Position numbers and translations under genes: made by a program
The notes under the pieces: generated by a model
Told to the model about the DNA's origin: nothing
The model's database searches: none
Seen by the model: only the letters and a program-made list of their open reading frames with translations
Assembly: GCA_947470575.1 (NCBI GenBank)
Contig: CANITX010000003.1
Location: 1-52,570, forward strand
Reading direction: 5' to 3'
DNA from: Rhodospirillales bacterium
Lineage (GTDB): Bacteria > Pseudomonadota > Alphaproteobacteria > Rhodospirillales > CAMCUA01
Length of the DNA: 52,570 nt
In this document: piece by piece, positions 9,440 through 20,282 of the stretch
Numbering within the stretch: position 1 is the first letter of the stretch
How the letters are laid out: each line of letters starts with the position of its first letter

Positions 9440-10990
9440 ATGAAAAAGCTCGGAGTATGCCCCGCCTCTTCGGCCGCGGTTGCGGCGTTGCTGGCCGTGG
9501 CGCTGGGAATATCGGCTCCGGCCCATGCCCAGACGCAGGTTAACGACAAGTGGATAACTGTGGTACTTCCGGCGGAACCGCCCGATCTCGAAGGCTGTCA
9601 TTCCAGCCGCGCTTTCCAGGGCCGCGTCGTCAAGCAGAACATCGTCGAGTCGTTGGTGGCGAAGAACCCCGCCGATGGCGCCCTCAAGCCGTACCTGGCG
9701 ACGGCATGGGAGCAGGTCGATCCCAGCACGTGGCGTTTCCGGCTGCGCGAAGGCGTGGTCTTCCACGATGGCAGTCCGTTCAACGCCGAAGCGGTCAAGA
9801 AGTCGCTCGACAGGACAACCGGTAACAAGGCGCTGGGCTGCCAGGATCGGGCGAAGTTTTTTGGCGACGTCTCGCTAGAGGTTGCCGCGATCGATGCCCT
9901 GACCGTTGAAATCAAGACGTCGCGGCCCGAACCGATTCTGCCGATGCGGCTGACCGGCACCGCTATCGTCGGGCCTAACACAAGTGCGGACAAGCCGTCG
10001 ATCCAACCGGTCGGCACCGGTCCCTACAGCTTCGACAGTTGGCAGGGCGGCCAACAGATCCTGCTCAAGCGCTTCGATAAGTATTGGGGCGCCAAACCGC
10101 AGGCGGAGGGCGCACGCTATATCTGGCGCGACGTGTCGTCGGTGCGCGCCTCGATGGTGGCGATCGGCGAGGCCGATATCGCGCTGACCATCGCCGAGCA
10201 GGAGGCGACCAACCCGAAGACGGACTTTAGCTATCTGAACTCGGAAACCACTTTTTTGCGCCTGGATACCTCCATGGTGCCGTTCAACGATCGGCGGGTC
10301 CGGCTGGCGGCGAACTATGCGCTGGACCGCGCCGCGATGATCGGCACGGTCATGCCAAAGTCTGTCAGCCAGGCGACGCAGATCGTCCTGCCGTCCATAC
10401 CCGGCCACAATCACGCCCTGGATAAGAAAGTTATTCCCTACGATCCGGCCCGAGACCGCCAACTGCTGGCCGAAGCCCGCGCCGACGGCGTGGCGGTCGA
10501 TACCGAGATCACCTTCATCACCTATCCGCCGCATTTCCCCAATGCGGCCGAATTGATGGAGGGATTCATCACCATGTACCGGGCGGTCGGTTTCAATTTG
10601 AAGACCATGAGCGTCGAACCTGGCCAGTACGTAAAATGGAACAGCAAACCCTTCCCGGATCCCCGTCCGGTCACCATCCTGCAAAGCTCGCACGACAATA
10701 ACTCGGGCGATCCCGTCTTCAGCGTCTTTCACAAGTTCGCCTGCGGCGGGATCGGTTCGATGGTCTGCGATGCGGATCTGGACAAGGACATCCTGCGGGC
10801 AACGGGCTTGGGTGGGGAAGAGCGGGTCAAGGCGTGGCAGGAGATCTTTCGCAAGCAGTACGAAGATATCGTCACGTCGGTCTTCCTGTATCACATGGTC
10901 GGTTTTACCCGAGTGAATCCGCGTATCGACTTCGTGCCCGACGTCACCACCAACGCCGAACTTCGTATCCAGGAAATCAAGTTCCGATGA
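9440..10990 (+). CDS. ABC transporter solute-binding protein, family 5 (peptide/nickel-type)
   Basis: Signal peptide ending AHA-Q; LATAW, FRLREGVVFHDGSPFNA and PVGTGPY motifs; GGGAG RBS. Confidence 0.92.
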   Translation: MKKLGVCPASSAAVAALLAVALGISAPAHAQTQVNDKWITVVLPAEPPDLEGCHSSRAFQGRVVKQNIVESLVAKNPADGALKPYLATAWEQVDPSTWRFRLREGVVFHDGSPFNAEAVKKSLDRTTGNKALGCQDRAKFFGDVSLEVAAIDALTVEIKTSRPEPILPMRLTGTAIVGPNTSADKPSIQPVGTGPYSFDSWQGGQQILLKRFDKYWGAKPQAEGARYIWRDVSSVRASMVAIGEADIALTIAEQEATNPKTDFSYLNSETTFLRLDTSMVPFNDRRVRLAANYALDRAAMIGTVMPKSVSQATQIVLPSIPGHNHALDKKVIPYDPARDRQLLAEARADGVAVDTEITFITYPPHFPNAAELMEGFITMYRAVGFNLKTMSVEPGQYVKWNSKPFPDPRPVTILQSSHDNNSGDPVFSVFHKFACGGIGSMVCDADLDKDILRATGLGGEERVKAWQEIFRKQYEDIVTSVFLYHMVGFTRVNPRIDFVPDVTTNAELRIQEIKFR

Positions 10991-11100
10991 CATGATGCTC
11001 CACCCGTGGCTGCTCGGCGATGGGCGGAACGCTTCGATATTCGGACGCCTAAAGGCCACATTTTCTGCGCTTGACGTCAACCGCCAGGGAGTTTGGGACA

Positions 11101-12648
11101 ATGCATCGTCGCGGATCTAACGGCCGCAAGGTGTCGGCACTCGTGGCGGCAGGTCTCGCCATGGTCCTGCTGGCGCCTTGCGGTGCCGGGGCTCAGGTGA
11201 ACGACAAGTGGCTGACGGTCGTGCTGCCGTCGGAACCCAACGACCTGGAAGGTTGCGAGTCGAGCCGCGCCGTTCAGGGCCGCGTCGTTAAACAGAACAT
11301 CGTCGAGACGCTGATCGAAAAGAACCCGCAGGATGGATCGCTCAAGCCGCGTCTGGCGACGTCGTGGGAACAGGTTGACGCCAACACGTGGCGTCTGAAA
11401 CTACGCCAGGGCGTGTCCTTCCACGATGGGACAAGCCTTAACGCCGAATCAGCGAAGCGGTCCCTCGATCGAACGCTCGGCAAGGCCATCGTGTGCGGCG
11501 ACCGGACGAAATTCTTCAGCGATGTTGCCGTCGATATTGCCGTCGTCGATGACTATACCTTGCTGATCAAGACCGTCCGACCGGAGCCAATATTGCCGAT
11601 GCGCCTAGCCGGCATGACAATCACGGGCCCGAACACGTTGCCAGACAAGTTTTCACTCAGCCCGGTCGGCACCGGTCCTTACGTTTTTGATAGCTGGCAG
11701 GGTGGCCAGCAGATTTTGCTCAAGCGCAACGACAAATATTGGGGCGCCAGGCCGCAGGTCGAAGGTGTCCGCTACATCTGGCGCGATGTGTCGTCGGTGC
11801 GCGCTTCGATGGTAGCTATCGGCGAGGCGGATATAGCGCTGACCATCGCCGAGCAGGAAGCGACCAATCCGAAGACGGATTTCAGCTATCTGAACTCGGA
11901 AACGACGTTCCTACGGCTCGATGCCACACAGGCGCCGATGAACGACCGTCGGGTGCGTCTGGCCATGAACTATGCTCTCGACCGTGCCGCGATGATCGGC
12001 ACCGTTATGCCGAAAGCCGTCGTCCAGGCAACGCAGATGGTGATGCCGTCCATACCCGGCCACAATCACGAGTTGGACAAGCATCCGATCCCCTTCGATC
12101 CGGCGAAGGCCAAGCAATTGCTGGCCGAGGCGAAGGCCGAGGGCGTCCCGGTCGATAAGGAAATCACCCTGATCACCTATCCGCCCCACTTTCCGAACGC
12201 GCCCGAACTCATGGACGGCGTCTTTACCATGTTTCGCAATGTCGGCCTCAATATGAAGATCCTGACTGTCGATCCCGGGCAGTACCGAAAGTGGAGCAGC
12301 AAGCCGTACCCTGAAAATCCGCCGCCGAGCATCCTGCAAAGCTCGCATGACAATAATTTCGGGGACCCGGTGTTCAGCGTCTTCCACCGGTTTGCTTGCG
12401 AGGGCAATGCTGCGAATTACTGCAACCCGGAACTCGACAAGGAAATTCTCAGGGTATCGGGATTGGGCGGTCAGGAGCGGGTTGCCGGCTGGCAGGGCAT
12501 TTTCCGTAGGATCGATGAAGATTTGGTCCCTGTCGTCTTCCTCTACCACATGGTCGGTTATACTCGGGTCAACCCGCGCATCGATTTTGTCCCGGATCTC
12601 ACCTCCAATGCCGAACTCCGTGTCCAGGAAATCAGCTTCAGGAAATAA
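11101..12648 (+). CDS. ABC transporter solute-binding protein, family 5 (paralog of 9440..10990)
   Basis: Signal peptide; LRQGVSFHDG and PVGTGPY motifs; ATG at 11101. Confidence 0.92.
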   Translation: MHRRGSNGRKVSALVAAGLAMVLLAPCGAGAQVNDKWLTVVLPSEPNDLEGCESSRAVQGRVVKQNIVETLIEKNPQDGSLKPRLATSWEQVDANTWRLKLRQGVSFHDGTSLNAESAKRSLDRTLGKAIVCGDRTKFFSDVAVDIAVVDDYTLLIKTVRPEPILPMRLAGMTITGPNTLPDKFSLSPVGTGPYVFDSWQGGQQILLKRNDKYWGARPQVEGVRYIWRDVSSVRASMVAIGEADIALTIAEQEATNPKTDFSYLNSETTFLRLDATQAPMNDRRVRLAMNYALDRAAMIGTVMPKAVVQATQMVMPSIPGHNHELDKHPIPFDPAKAKQLLAEAKAEGVPVDKEITLITYPPHFPNAPELMDGVFTMFRNVGLNMKILTVDPGQYRKWSSKPYPENPPPSILQSSHDNNFGDPVFSVFHRFACEGNAANYCNPELDKEILRVSGLGGQERVAGWQGIFRRIDEDLVPVVFLYHMVGYTRVNPRIDFVPDLTSNAELRVQEISFRK

Positions 12649-12715
12649 GGCCTTCCGGTCTGCCGATCGAACGAATACGACCGCGATGCTCCCTCACTCG
12701 AATGGAGAAGCCATT

Positions 12716-13579
12716 ATGACCGTCACCACGGAAGCGCGGACGATGAAGATTACGAAACTGTCGCCGCACATCGGTGCGGAAGTGACGGGCATCGATCTGC
12801 GTCAGCCTCTCGATGCGGAAACCCGCCGCCGGCTCAACGAGGCGGTGGTCGACAACATCTGTCTGGTCGTCCGCGATCAGCACTTTACGGCCGAACAGTT
12901 TCTGGAAGCGGTGAAGCTATTCGGCGAGCCGATGCCGCAAAACAATCCTCAGTTCTCGGTGCCGGGCCTGCCTGAGGTGAACCGGCTGTCGAACCGCAAT
13001 GCCGACAAGACCGGCAAGCGCATCAAAGTCGGCATGAAGTGGCACACCGATCACACCAACCATATCTATCCGCCCAAGTACACGGTGCTCTACGCGCTGG
13101 AACTGCCGGACTCCGGCGGCAACACCAACGTCGTCAACATGCGCGCCGGCTATGAATCGTTGCCGGCCGATATGAAGAAGCGGCTTGAGGGAATGAAGAC
13201 CGTCAACGTCCGCCTGGGCAGCGCCGTGAAGGATACCTACAACACCAATTCGATATTGGCCCAGGCGGAATTGCAGCCGGTGCCGGTGCTGCAGCCCCTG
13301 GTGCGGACCAATGGCGACAATGGCACCAAGGCGATCTATTGCCACCCCAACAAGACCGAAAACATCGTCGGCATGAGCCCGGAGGATTCCCAGGCGCTGC
13401 TGGCCGATCTGGTGGAACGCACCGTGCGCCCGGAGTTCATCTACAGCCACGCCTGGAAGTTGGGCGATATGTTCCTCTGGGACAACCGCTCGTCCATGCA
13501 CAAGGCAAGCTTCGACTACGACCAAAATCAGCATCGGCTGATGTATCGCGCCTTGGTCAAAGGGGAATTGCCGGCCTGA
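12716..13579 (+). CDS. TauD/TfdA family Fe(II)/2-oxoglutarate dioxygenase
   Basis: IGAEVTGIDL, WHTD, WDNRSSMH and a C-terminal conserved Arg; GGAG RBS before ATG 12716. Confidence 0.92.
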   Translation: MTVTTEARTMKITKLSPHIGAEVTGIDLRQPLDAETRRRLNEAVVDNICLVVRDQHFTAEQFLEAVKLFGEPMPQNNPQFSVPGLPEVNRLSNRNADKTGKRIKVGMKWHTDHTNHIYPPKYTVLYALELPDSGGNTNVVNMRAGYESLPADMKKRLEGMKTVNVRLGSAVKDTYNTNSILAQAELQPVPVLQPLVRTNGDNGTKAIYCHPNKTENIVGMSPEDSQALLADLVERTVRPEFIYSHAWKLGDMFLWDNRSSMHKASFDYDQNQHRLMYRALVKGELPA

Positions 13580-13663
13580 CGCGGTTGCGGCTCCGCCCGC
13601 CGTTCGCTATGGAAGGCGACCGGCGCCATCCCGCGCCCTTATTTCCCGACCGATAGGCAAGCC

Positions 13664-14629
13664 ATGTCCGATCTACCGAAGAAAGTGATGATCAACGAGG
13701 AAGGCCCGCGCGAGGGCTTTCAGATCGAAAAAACGCCGATTGCCACCGACCGCAAGATCGCGCTGATCGATGCCCTGTCGGAGACTGGGGTGAAGCACAT
13801 CCAGACGGTGTCCTTCGTCAATCCGAAGCGGGTGCCCGGCTGGGCCGACGCCGATGCCGTGGTCCAGGGCCAGCACTACAATCCGAAGGTCGAATACACG
13901 CCGCTGTGGTTGATCCCGAAGGGCTTCGAACGGGCACTGCAATACCGCGATAAACTGGCGCTGAAGGGCCGGGTCACGGTCTATGCCTCCGAGACCTTCA
14001 TGATCCGTAACCAGAACACCGACGATCGGCAGAACCTGGCGATGCAGCGCGAACAAGTGACGCAATACCAGGCCGCCGGCCTGCCGGTCACCAGCGTCAT
14101 CGTCAACGCCGCCTTCGGCTGCAACTTCTCGGGCGATATCCCCGATGCGCGCGTGCTGGAAGTCCTCGGCTGGGCCTTCGGCGTGGCCGCCGAGTTTGGC
14201 GAAAAGCCAAAACGCATCCGGCTGGCCGACTCGATGGCCTGGGCGACCCCGGATCGCATCAAGCGCACGGTCGGCGCGGTGCGCAACCGTTATCCCGACC
14301 TGGCCATCAATATGCACCTGCATGACACCCGCGGCATGGCCATTGCCAATGCCTATGCGGGACTCGAAATGGGCGTGGCCGATTTCGATTCGGCGGTGGC
14401 CGGCCTCGGCGGTTGTCCCTTCGCCGGCCATGCCGGGGCGGCCGGCAACGTCTGCACGGAAGATCTGGTGTTCCTTTGCGAGGAGATGGGCATCGAGACC
14501 GGTATCGATCTCGACAAGCTGATCGAAGTGGCGCGCCTAGCCGAAGATGTCGTCGGCCGGCCTTTGCCCGGATCGGTGATGCACGGCGGTACGCTGGCGC
14601 GGTTCCGCCAAGCAGCGGCCGCCCAGTAG
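13664..14629 (+). CDS. HMG-CoA lyase-like DRE-TIM metallolyase
   Basis: EEGPREGFQ, LADSM, HLHDTRG, GLGGCPF and GNVCTED motifs. Confidence 0.88.
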   Translation: MSDLPKKVMINEEGPREGFQIEKTPIATDRKIALIDALSETGVKHIQTVSFVNPKRVPGWADADAVVQGQHYNPKVEYTPLWLIPKGFERALQYRDKLALKGRVTVYASETFMIRNQNTDDRQNLAMQREQVTQYQAAGLPVTSVIVNAAFGCNFSGDIPDARVLEVLGWAFGVAAEFGEKPKRIRLADSMAWATPDRIKRTVGAVRNRYPDLAINMHLHDTRGMAIANAYAGLEMGVADFDSAVAGLGGCPFAGHAGAAGNVCTEDLVFLCEEMGIETGIDLDKLIEVARLAEDVVGRPLPGSVMHGGTLARFRQAAAAQ

Positions 14630-14764
14630 GACTTCTGGCGGCGGCTCAATAGGATCGGCGGGGCTGCGCGAAAGCTCTGGTTTTTACCACTGGCGGGTTT
14701 AGGCTGGCGTCAGCCGCGGGGGCGTTGGCCCTTGCGCGGGAATTACAGAAACGAGGAGGCCGTC

Positions 14765-15727
14765 ATGTCCGATTTCCCAAAGAAGATCGTCATCGATGAA
14801 GAAGGTCCGCGCGAAGGCTTTCAGATCGAAAAGACGCCGATTCCCACCAAGCGTAAGATCGAGTTGATCGACGCGCTTTCGGAGTCCGGCGTCAAGCACA
14901 TGCAGATCGTCTCCTTCGTCAATCCGAAGCGGGTGCCCGGTTGGGCCGATGCCGACGACGTGGTCAAAGGCTTCAAATATCATCCGGACATTCACTACAC
15001 GCCCCTGTGGCTGAATCCGAAAGGCTTCGAACGGGCATTGCAATATCGCGACAAGCTGACGTTGTTGGGCGGCATAAAGCTCGGCGGCTCGGAAAAATTC
15101 ATGATCCGCAATCAGAACACCGACGACGCACAGAACATCAAGATGCAGGACGAGCAGGTGAAGCAGTTCATCGCCAGCGGCATCCCGGTGCACAGCGTTG
15201 CCGTCGTCGCCGCCTTCGGCTGCAATTTCCAGGGCGATATCCCGGTCAGCCGGGTGTTGCAGGTGGTGCGCCAGGGCTTCGACATCGCCAAGGCGAACGG
15301 CGTCGATCTGCACCAGATCCGGCTGGCCGACACCATGGCCTGGGCAACCCCGGACCGTATCAAGAAGGTCGTCGGCGCCGTGCGCGACCAATACCCGGAC
15401 AAGGAAATTCACCTGCATCTGCACGATACTCGCGGCATGGCCATTGCCAACGCCTACGCCGGTCTCGAAATGGGGGTGGCCAGCTACGACACCGCCGTGG
15501 CGGGCTTGGGCGGTTGCCCCTTCGCCGGACATGCCGGGGCGGCGGGCAACATCTGCACCGAAGACCTGGTATTCCTGTGCGAGGAAATGGGTATCGAGAC
15601 CGGCATCGATCTAGAAAAGCTGATCGAAGTGGCACGCCTTGCCGAAGACATCATGGGCCGTTCGCTGCCCGGTTCGGTGATGCACGGCGGCACCCTGTCG
15701 CGCTTCCGTCAGGCGGCCGCTCACTGA
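14765..15727 (+). CDS. HMG-CoA lyase-like DRE-TIM metallolyase (tandem paralog)
   Basis: Same motif set; GAGGAGG RBS before ATG 14765. Confidence 0.88.
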   Translation: MSDFPKKIVIDEEGPREGFQIEKTPIPTKRKIELIDALSESGVKHMQIVSFVNPKRVPGWADADDVVKGFKYHPDIHYTPLWLNPKGFERALQYRDKLTLLGGIKLGGSEKFMIRNQNTDDAQNIKMQDEQVKQFIASGIPVHSVAVVAAFGCNFQGDIPVSRVLQVVRQGFDIAKANGVDLHQIRLADTMAWATPDRIKKVVGAVRDQYPDKEIHLHLHDTRGMAIANAYAGLEMGVASYDTAVAGLGGCPFAGHAGAAGNICTEDLVFLCEEMGIETGIDLEKLIEVARLAEDIMGRSLPGSVMHGGTLSRFRQAAAH

Positions 15728-15788
15728 GTATGGTCGTTCTCCGGGGGTCAGCCGGACGGCAAGCCCCCGAGAACTTCCCATCATCCCC

Positions 15789-17696
15789 TCAAGCGATAAC
15801 CCCTCGCTGACGCAGCGCCTCAAGGATGACGTCCGACGCCTCCTCTGCCGACACCTTGACGGTAGCGATGACGATCTCCGGATTTTCCGGCGTCTCGTAG
15901 GGTGAATCGATGCCGGTGAAGTTCTTCAGCAAGCCGCTGCGCGCCCGCTTGTAGAGGCCCTTCACGTCGCGTTCCTCGGCGACCTCGATGGGCGTGTCGA
16001 CGAAGATTTCCAAGAACTCGTCGGCTTCCATCAGCTCGCGCGCCATGCGCCGTTCCGAACGGAATGGCGAAATGAACGATACCAGCGTGATCAAGCCGGC
16101 ATCGACCATCAGGCGCGAAACTTCGGCGACGCGCCGGATGTTCTCAACCCGGTCGGTGTCGGTGAAGCCAAGGTCGCGGTTCAGACCGTGGCGGACGTTG
16201 TCGCCGTCCAGCAGGTAGGTATGCCGGCCCATGGCCACCAGTTTCTTCTCGACGATGTTGGCGATGGTCGATTTCCCCGAGCCCGACAGGCCGGTGAACC
16301 ACAACACCACCGGCTTTTGGCCCTTGAGATCGGCACGCGCTCCTTTGTTCACGTCCAGCGCTTGCCAGTGAATATTGTGGGCGCGCCGCAGCGAGAAATC
16401 GATCAAGCCCATGCCGACCGTGTTGTTGGTCATCCGGTCGATCAGGATGAAGCCGCCGGTGTCGCGGTTCTCCTCGTAAGGGTCGAAGGCGATGGTGCGG
16501 TCGAGCGAGATATTGCAGACCCCGATTTCGTTCAGGTGCAGCGTCCGTCCGGCCAGGTGCTGATGCGTATTCACGTCGATGATGTATTTCGGCGCGGCGA
16601 CAGTCGCCTGCGCCGTGCTCCCGCCGATCTTCATCAGATAGGCACGCCCTGCCAGCATCTCGTTTTCGTGCATCCATAGGATGCGCGTCTGGAACTGATC
16701 GGCGATCGGCGCCGGATCGCGCGACGCGCAAATCACGTCGCCGCGCGAAATGTCGATTTCGTCCGCCAGCGTCAGCGTCACCGCCTGCGCAGCCACCGCC
16801 TCCGGCAGGTCGCCATCGTAGGTGACGATACGGCTGACCGTGCTTTCCCGGCCGGAGGGCAGAACCTTGATCCTCTCGCCGGGCTTGATCGTGCCGCCGG
16901 CGATGGTGCCGGCGAAGCCGCGGAAGCTATGGTCCGGCCGGTTGACCCATTGCACCGGCATGCGGAACGGCCGCGAAGGCAGATCGTCTTCGACCTCGAC
17001 CGTCTCCAGATGGGCCATCAGCGTCGGGCCCTGGTACCAGGGTGTATGGGCGCTGGCCTCGACGATGTTGTCGCCGCGCAGCGCCGATACCGGGATCGCC
17101 AGGATGCGGCCGATATCGATGCCGCGCTGCTTGGCGAAGTCGCGGTAATCCGCGACGATCTCGTCGAAGCGGTCCTGGGAATAGCCGACCAGGTCCATTT
17201 TGTTGACGGCCAGCACGATGTTCTTCACGCCCAGCATGTGAACGATGAAGCTGTGCCGCCGGGTCTGTGTCAGCACGCCCTTGCGCGCGTCGATCATCAG
17301 CACGGCTAGGCTGGCGGTCGAGGCACCGGTCGCCATGTTGCGGGTGTATTGCTCGTGGCCCGGTGTGTCGGCGACGATGAACTTGCGCTTGTCGGTGGAA
17401 AAAAACACATAGGCGACATCGATCGTGATGCCCTGTTCGCGTTCGGCCGCCAATCCGTCGACCAGCAGTGCGAAGTCGAGCTCGCCGCCTTGGGTGCCGA
17501 TCCGCTTCGAGTCGGCCTCCAGCGTCGTCATATGGTCTTCATAGATCAGTTTGGATTCATAGAGCAGGCGGCCGATCAGGGTCGACTTTCCGTCGTCGAC
17601 CGAACCGCAGGTGATGAAACGCAACAGCGACTTGTGCTGGTGCGACTCCAGGTAGGCATCGATGTCCTTGCCGATCAGGTCGGACGTATGGGCCAT
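15789..17696 (-). CDS. cysNC: Bifunctional sulfate adenylyltransferase large subunit / APS kinase (CysN-CysC, NodQ-like)
   Basis: [27 protein letters not shown] and NKMD, followed by [12 protein letters not shown] and [13 protein letters not shown] at 17696 overlaps the cysD stop. Confidence 0.96.
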   Translation of the reverse strand: MAHTSDLIGKDIDAYLESHQHKSLLRFITCGSVDDGKSTLIGRLLYESKLIYEDHMTTLEADSKRIGTQGGELDFALLVDGLAAEREQGITIDVAYVFFSTDKRKFIVADTPGHEQYTRNMATGASTASLAVLMIDARKGVLTQTRRHSFIVHMLGVKNIVLAVNKMDLVGYSQDRFDEIVADYRDFAKQRGIDIGRILAIPVSALRGDNIVEASAHTPWYQGPTLMAHLETVEVEDDLPSRPFRMPVQWVNRPDHSFRGFAGTIAGGTIKPGERIKVLPSGRESTVSRIVTYDGDLPEAVAAQAVTLTLADEIDISRGDVICASRDPAPIADQFQTRILWMHENEMLAGRAYLMKIGGSTAQATVAAPKYIIDVNTHQHLAGRTLHLNEIGVCNISLDRTIAFDPYEENRDTGGFILIDRMTNNTVGMGLIDFSLRRAHNIHWQALDVNKGARADLKGQKPVVLWFTGLSGSGKSTIANIVEKKLVAMGRHTYLLDGDNVRHGLNRDLGFTDTDRVENIRRVAEVSRLMVDAGLITLVSFISPFRSERRMARELMEADEFLEIFVDTPIEVAEERDVKGLYKRARSGLLKNFTGIDSPYETPENPEIVIATVKVSAEEASDVILEALRQRGVIA

Positions 17697-18598
17697 CAGA
17701 AATACCCTTCCTGCTTCTTCTTCTCCATCGATGCCGTGGCGTCGTGGTCGATCACCCGGCCCTGGCGCTCCGACGATGTGGTCAGCAGCATTTCCTGGAT
17801 GATCTGCGGTAGGGTCGTGGCCTCGGATTCGATGGCGCCGGTCAGCGGGTAACAGCCCAGCGTGCGGAAGCGGACCATCTTCTGCATCGGCGTTTCGCCG
17901 GGGCGCATCGGCATGCGGTCGTCGTCGACCATGATCAGCACGCCGTCGCGTTCCACCACCGGGCGGCGCGCGGCGAAGTAGAGCGGCACGATGGGGATGC
18001 CTTCCAAATAGATGTATTGCCAGATGTCCAGCTCCGTCCAGTTGGACAGCGGGAAGACGCGGATCGATTCGCCCTTGTTGGTCCGCGTGTTGTAGATGCG
18101 CCAAAGTTCCGGGCGCTGGTTCTTCGGGTCCCAGCGATGCTGGGCCGAGCGGAAGGAAAACACCCGCTCCTTGGCGCGCGACTTTTCCTCGTCGCGGCGC
18201 GCCCCGCCGAAGGCGGTGTCGAAGCCGTATTTTTCCAGGGCCTGCTTCAACGCCTGGGTTTTCATGATGTCCGTATGGACGGCCGAGCCGTGGGTGAACG
18301 GCCCGATTCCGTTGGCGACGCCCTCCGGGTTGGTGTGGACGATCAGTTCCAGGCCGTTCTTGCGCACCGTCTCGTCGCGGAACCGGATCATGTCTTGGAA
18401 CTTCCAGGTGGTGTCGACATGCATCAGCGGAAACGGTGGGCGGGCCGGGTAAAAGGCCTTCATCGCCAGGTGCAGCATGACGGCCGAATCCTTGCCGATG
18501 CTGTAGAGCATCACCGGGTGTTGGCATTCGGCGACCACTTCGCGGAAGATGTGAATGCTTTCGGCCTCGAGCCGCTGCAAATGCGTCAAAGGTTCCAT
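17696..18598 (-). CDS. cysD: Sulfate adenylyltransferase small subunit
   Basis: [37 protein letters not shown] and [10 protein letters not shown] motifs. Confidence 0.97.
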   Translation of the reverse strand: MEPLTHLQRLEAESIHIFREVVAECQHPVMLYSIGKDSAVMLHLAMKAFYPARPPFPLMHVDTTWKFQDMIRFRDETVRKNGLELIVHTNPEGVANGIGPFTHGSAVHTDIMKTQALKQALEKYGFDTAFGGARRDEEKSRAKERVFSFRSAQHRWDPKNQRPELWRIYNTRTNKGESIRVFPLSNWTELDIWQYIYLEGIPIVPLYFAARRPVVERDGVLIMVDDDRMPMRPGETPMQKMVRFRTLGCYPLTGAIESEATTLPQIIQEMLLTTSSERQGRVIDHDATASMEKKKQEGYF

Positions 18599-18860
18599 CG
18601 AACCGGGAGTCTCCCTGAACCAACAGTGCTGAAGGTGATACGCCGGATGCGCTATGTTGGAAAGTCAAAAACCCATATTTCAGGTGTGAGAAATTTATTA
18701 ATAACATAAAATAAAAGTAATTTTAGCCGAGGCCTAAATCCAATGTTCCCGGTCGCCGGCACCGAGCTTGACGCTGTTGATCGCAGATTCGCCTTTCGTG
18801 CTTCCGACGGCTAATATTGGCGGACCATTACAGGTGAAGCACACGGGGGGAGCATCGGTC

Positions 18861-19694
18861 ATGCAGATCACCAAGATATCGGACCATATCGGCGCGGAAG
18901 TCACCGGCATCGACCTGAGCCGGCCCATCGACGAAGCGACCCGCAAGCGGCTGGAGGCGGCGTTGGTCGAACATGTCGCCCTGGTCATCCGCGATCAGGA
19001 TTTCACGCCGCCTCAGTTCCTTGGCGCCGTGAGCCTGTTCGGCGAACCGATGGAGCAGCACTTCACCGAAGATCAGGTTCCCGGATGTCCACTGGTCAAT
19101 ACCGTATCGAACCGCAAGGCCGGCATGGTCGACTATACAAAGAAGCGCGGCGCCGGCTGGCACACTGACCACACCAACCACCGTCTGCCGCCGAAGTTTA
19201 CCTCGCTTTACATGGTCTCGATGCCCAAGGAAGGCGGTAATACCGCGGTGTGCAATACCCGCGCCGGCTATGCCGCCCTGCCTGAGGATTTCAAAAAGCG
19301 GCTGCAAGGCCTGAAGACCAATAACGTTTTCATGGGTAGTGCGGTCAAGGTCGCCGGCGGCGCGTCCATCGAGGCGCAGAAGAAGCTCAAACCCGAACCC
19401 GTGCTGCAGCCGCTGATCCGCACCAACCCCGACAACGGTACCCAGGCGCTCTACTTCCACCCGTCCAAGACCGAGAACATCGTCGGCATGACGCCGGAAG
19501 CCAGCCAAGAGATGATCGACGATCTGTTGGCCCGTTCCCTCAAGCCCGAATACATCTATAGCCACAAATGGCGAAAGGGCGACATGCTGATTTGGGACAA
19601 CCGGGCCTCCCTGCATCGTGGCGAGGCAGTGGCCGATCCTAATCAATTGCGTCTGCTCTACCGGGTCATCGTTCGCGGCGAACTGCCGTACTGA
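18861..19694 (+). CDS. TauD/TfdA family dioxygenase, divergent from cysD
   Basis: IGAEVTGIDL, WHTDHTN and WDNRASLH; GGGAG RBS. Confidence 0.92.
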   Translation: MQITKISDHIGAEVTGIDLSRPIDEATRKRLEAALVEHVALVIRDQDFTPPQFLGAVSLFGEPMEQHFTEDQVPGCPLVNTVSNRKAGMVDYTKKRGAGWHTDHTNHRLPPKFTSLYMVSMPKEGGNTAVCNTRAGYAALPEDFKKRLQGLKTNNVFMGSAVKVAGGASIEAQKKLKPEPVLQPLIRTNPDNGTQALYFHPSKTENIVGMTPEASQEMIDDLLARSLKPEYIYSHKWRKGDMLIWDNRASLHRGEAVADPNQLRLLYRVIVRGELPY

Positions 19695-19730
19695 GGCGGC
19701 CGCCCGCCTATAGCGGAAGCGGCGGCCGCG

Positions 19731-20171
19731 ATGACGGCAATCACAGCCTACGCTGGCCTGTTTGTCAGCGCCTTTCTTGCCGCGACGGTCATTCCCGGTT
19801 CCTCCGAGGCGGTGCTGGCCGCCCTGTTGGTCGGCGGCAATGGCAGTCCCTGGCTGCTATTGGTCGTGGCCACCGCCGGCAACGTGCTGGGCTCGGTCAC
19901 CAACTGGTACTGTGGCCGGTTCCTGGCCGGTTTTCGCGAGCGTAAATGGTTTCCCATATCGCCGCGCCGCTACGATCAGGCGATCCGCTGGTTCCGTCGC
20001 TATGGGCTGTGGTCCCTGCCGTTCGCCTGGTTACCCTTTGTCGGAGATCCGTTGACGGTGGCGGCCGGTGCGTTGCGGGTGCCGCTGGCACCGTTTGTGG
20101 GGCTGGTCGGTATCGGCAAGTTCGCCCGCTATTTGGTTGTCCTCGCCGCCACCTTGCACTGGATGGGATGA
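19731..20171 (+). CDS. YqaA/DedA (SNARE-associated) family membrane protein
   Basis: SAFLAATVIPGSSE, ATAGNVLG, WLPFVGDPLT and GKFARY motifs. Confidence 0.9.
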   Translation: MTAITAYAGLFVSAFLAATVIPGSSEAVLAALLVGGNGSPWLLLVVATAGNVLGSVTNWYCGRFLAGFRERKWFPISPRRYDQAIRWFRRYGLWSLPFAWLPFVGDPLTVAAGALRVPLAPFVGLVGIGKFARYLVVLAATLHWMG

Positions 20172-20282
20172 CCGGTGTCATCGCGGGGCTATGCTGCGGG
20201 CCGGCAATCTGGCTATCATCGCCTTCGAGGCAATCTGCAAAAATGATCAGAGGAAGGCGGCATCCATGCCTGATACCCGCTC

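Noticed and set aside
10110-11920. Recent gene conversion between the tandem SBPs
   Set aside because: The identical peptide block contains many synonymous nucleotide differences, so selection explains it better.
15789-18707. 972-aa ORF suggesting a long N-terminal extension of CysN across cysD
   Set aside because: The extension is a low-complexity alternative frame of cysD. CysN similarity begins at ATG 17696, which overlaps the cysD stop.
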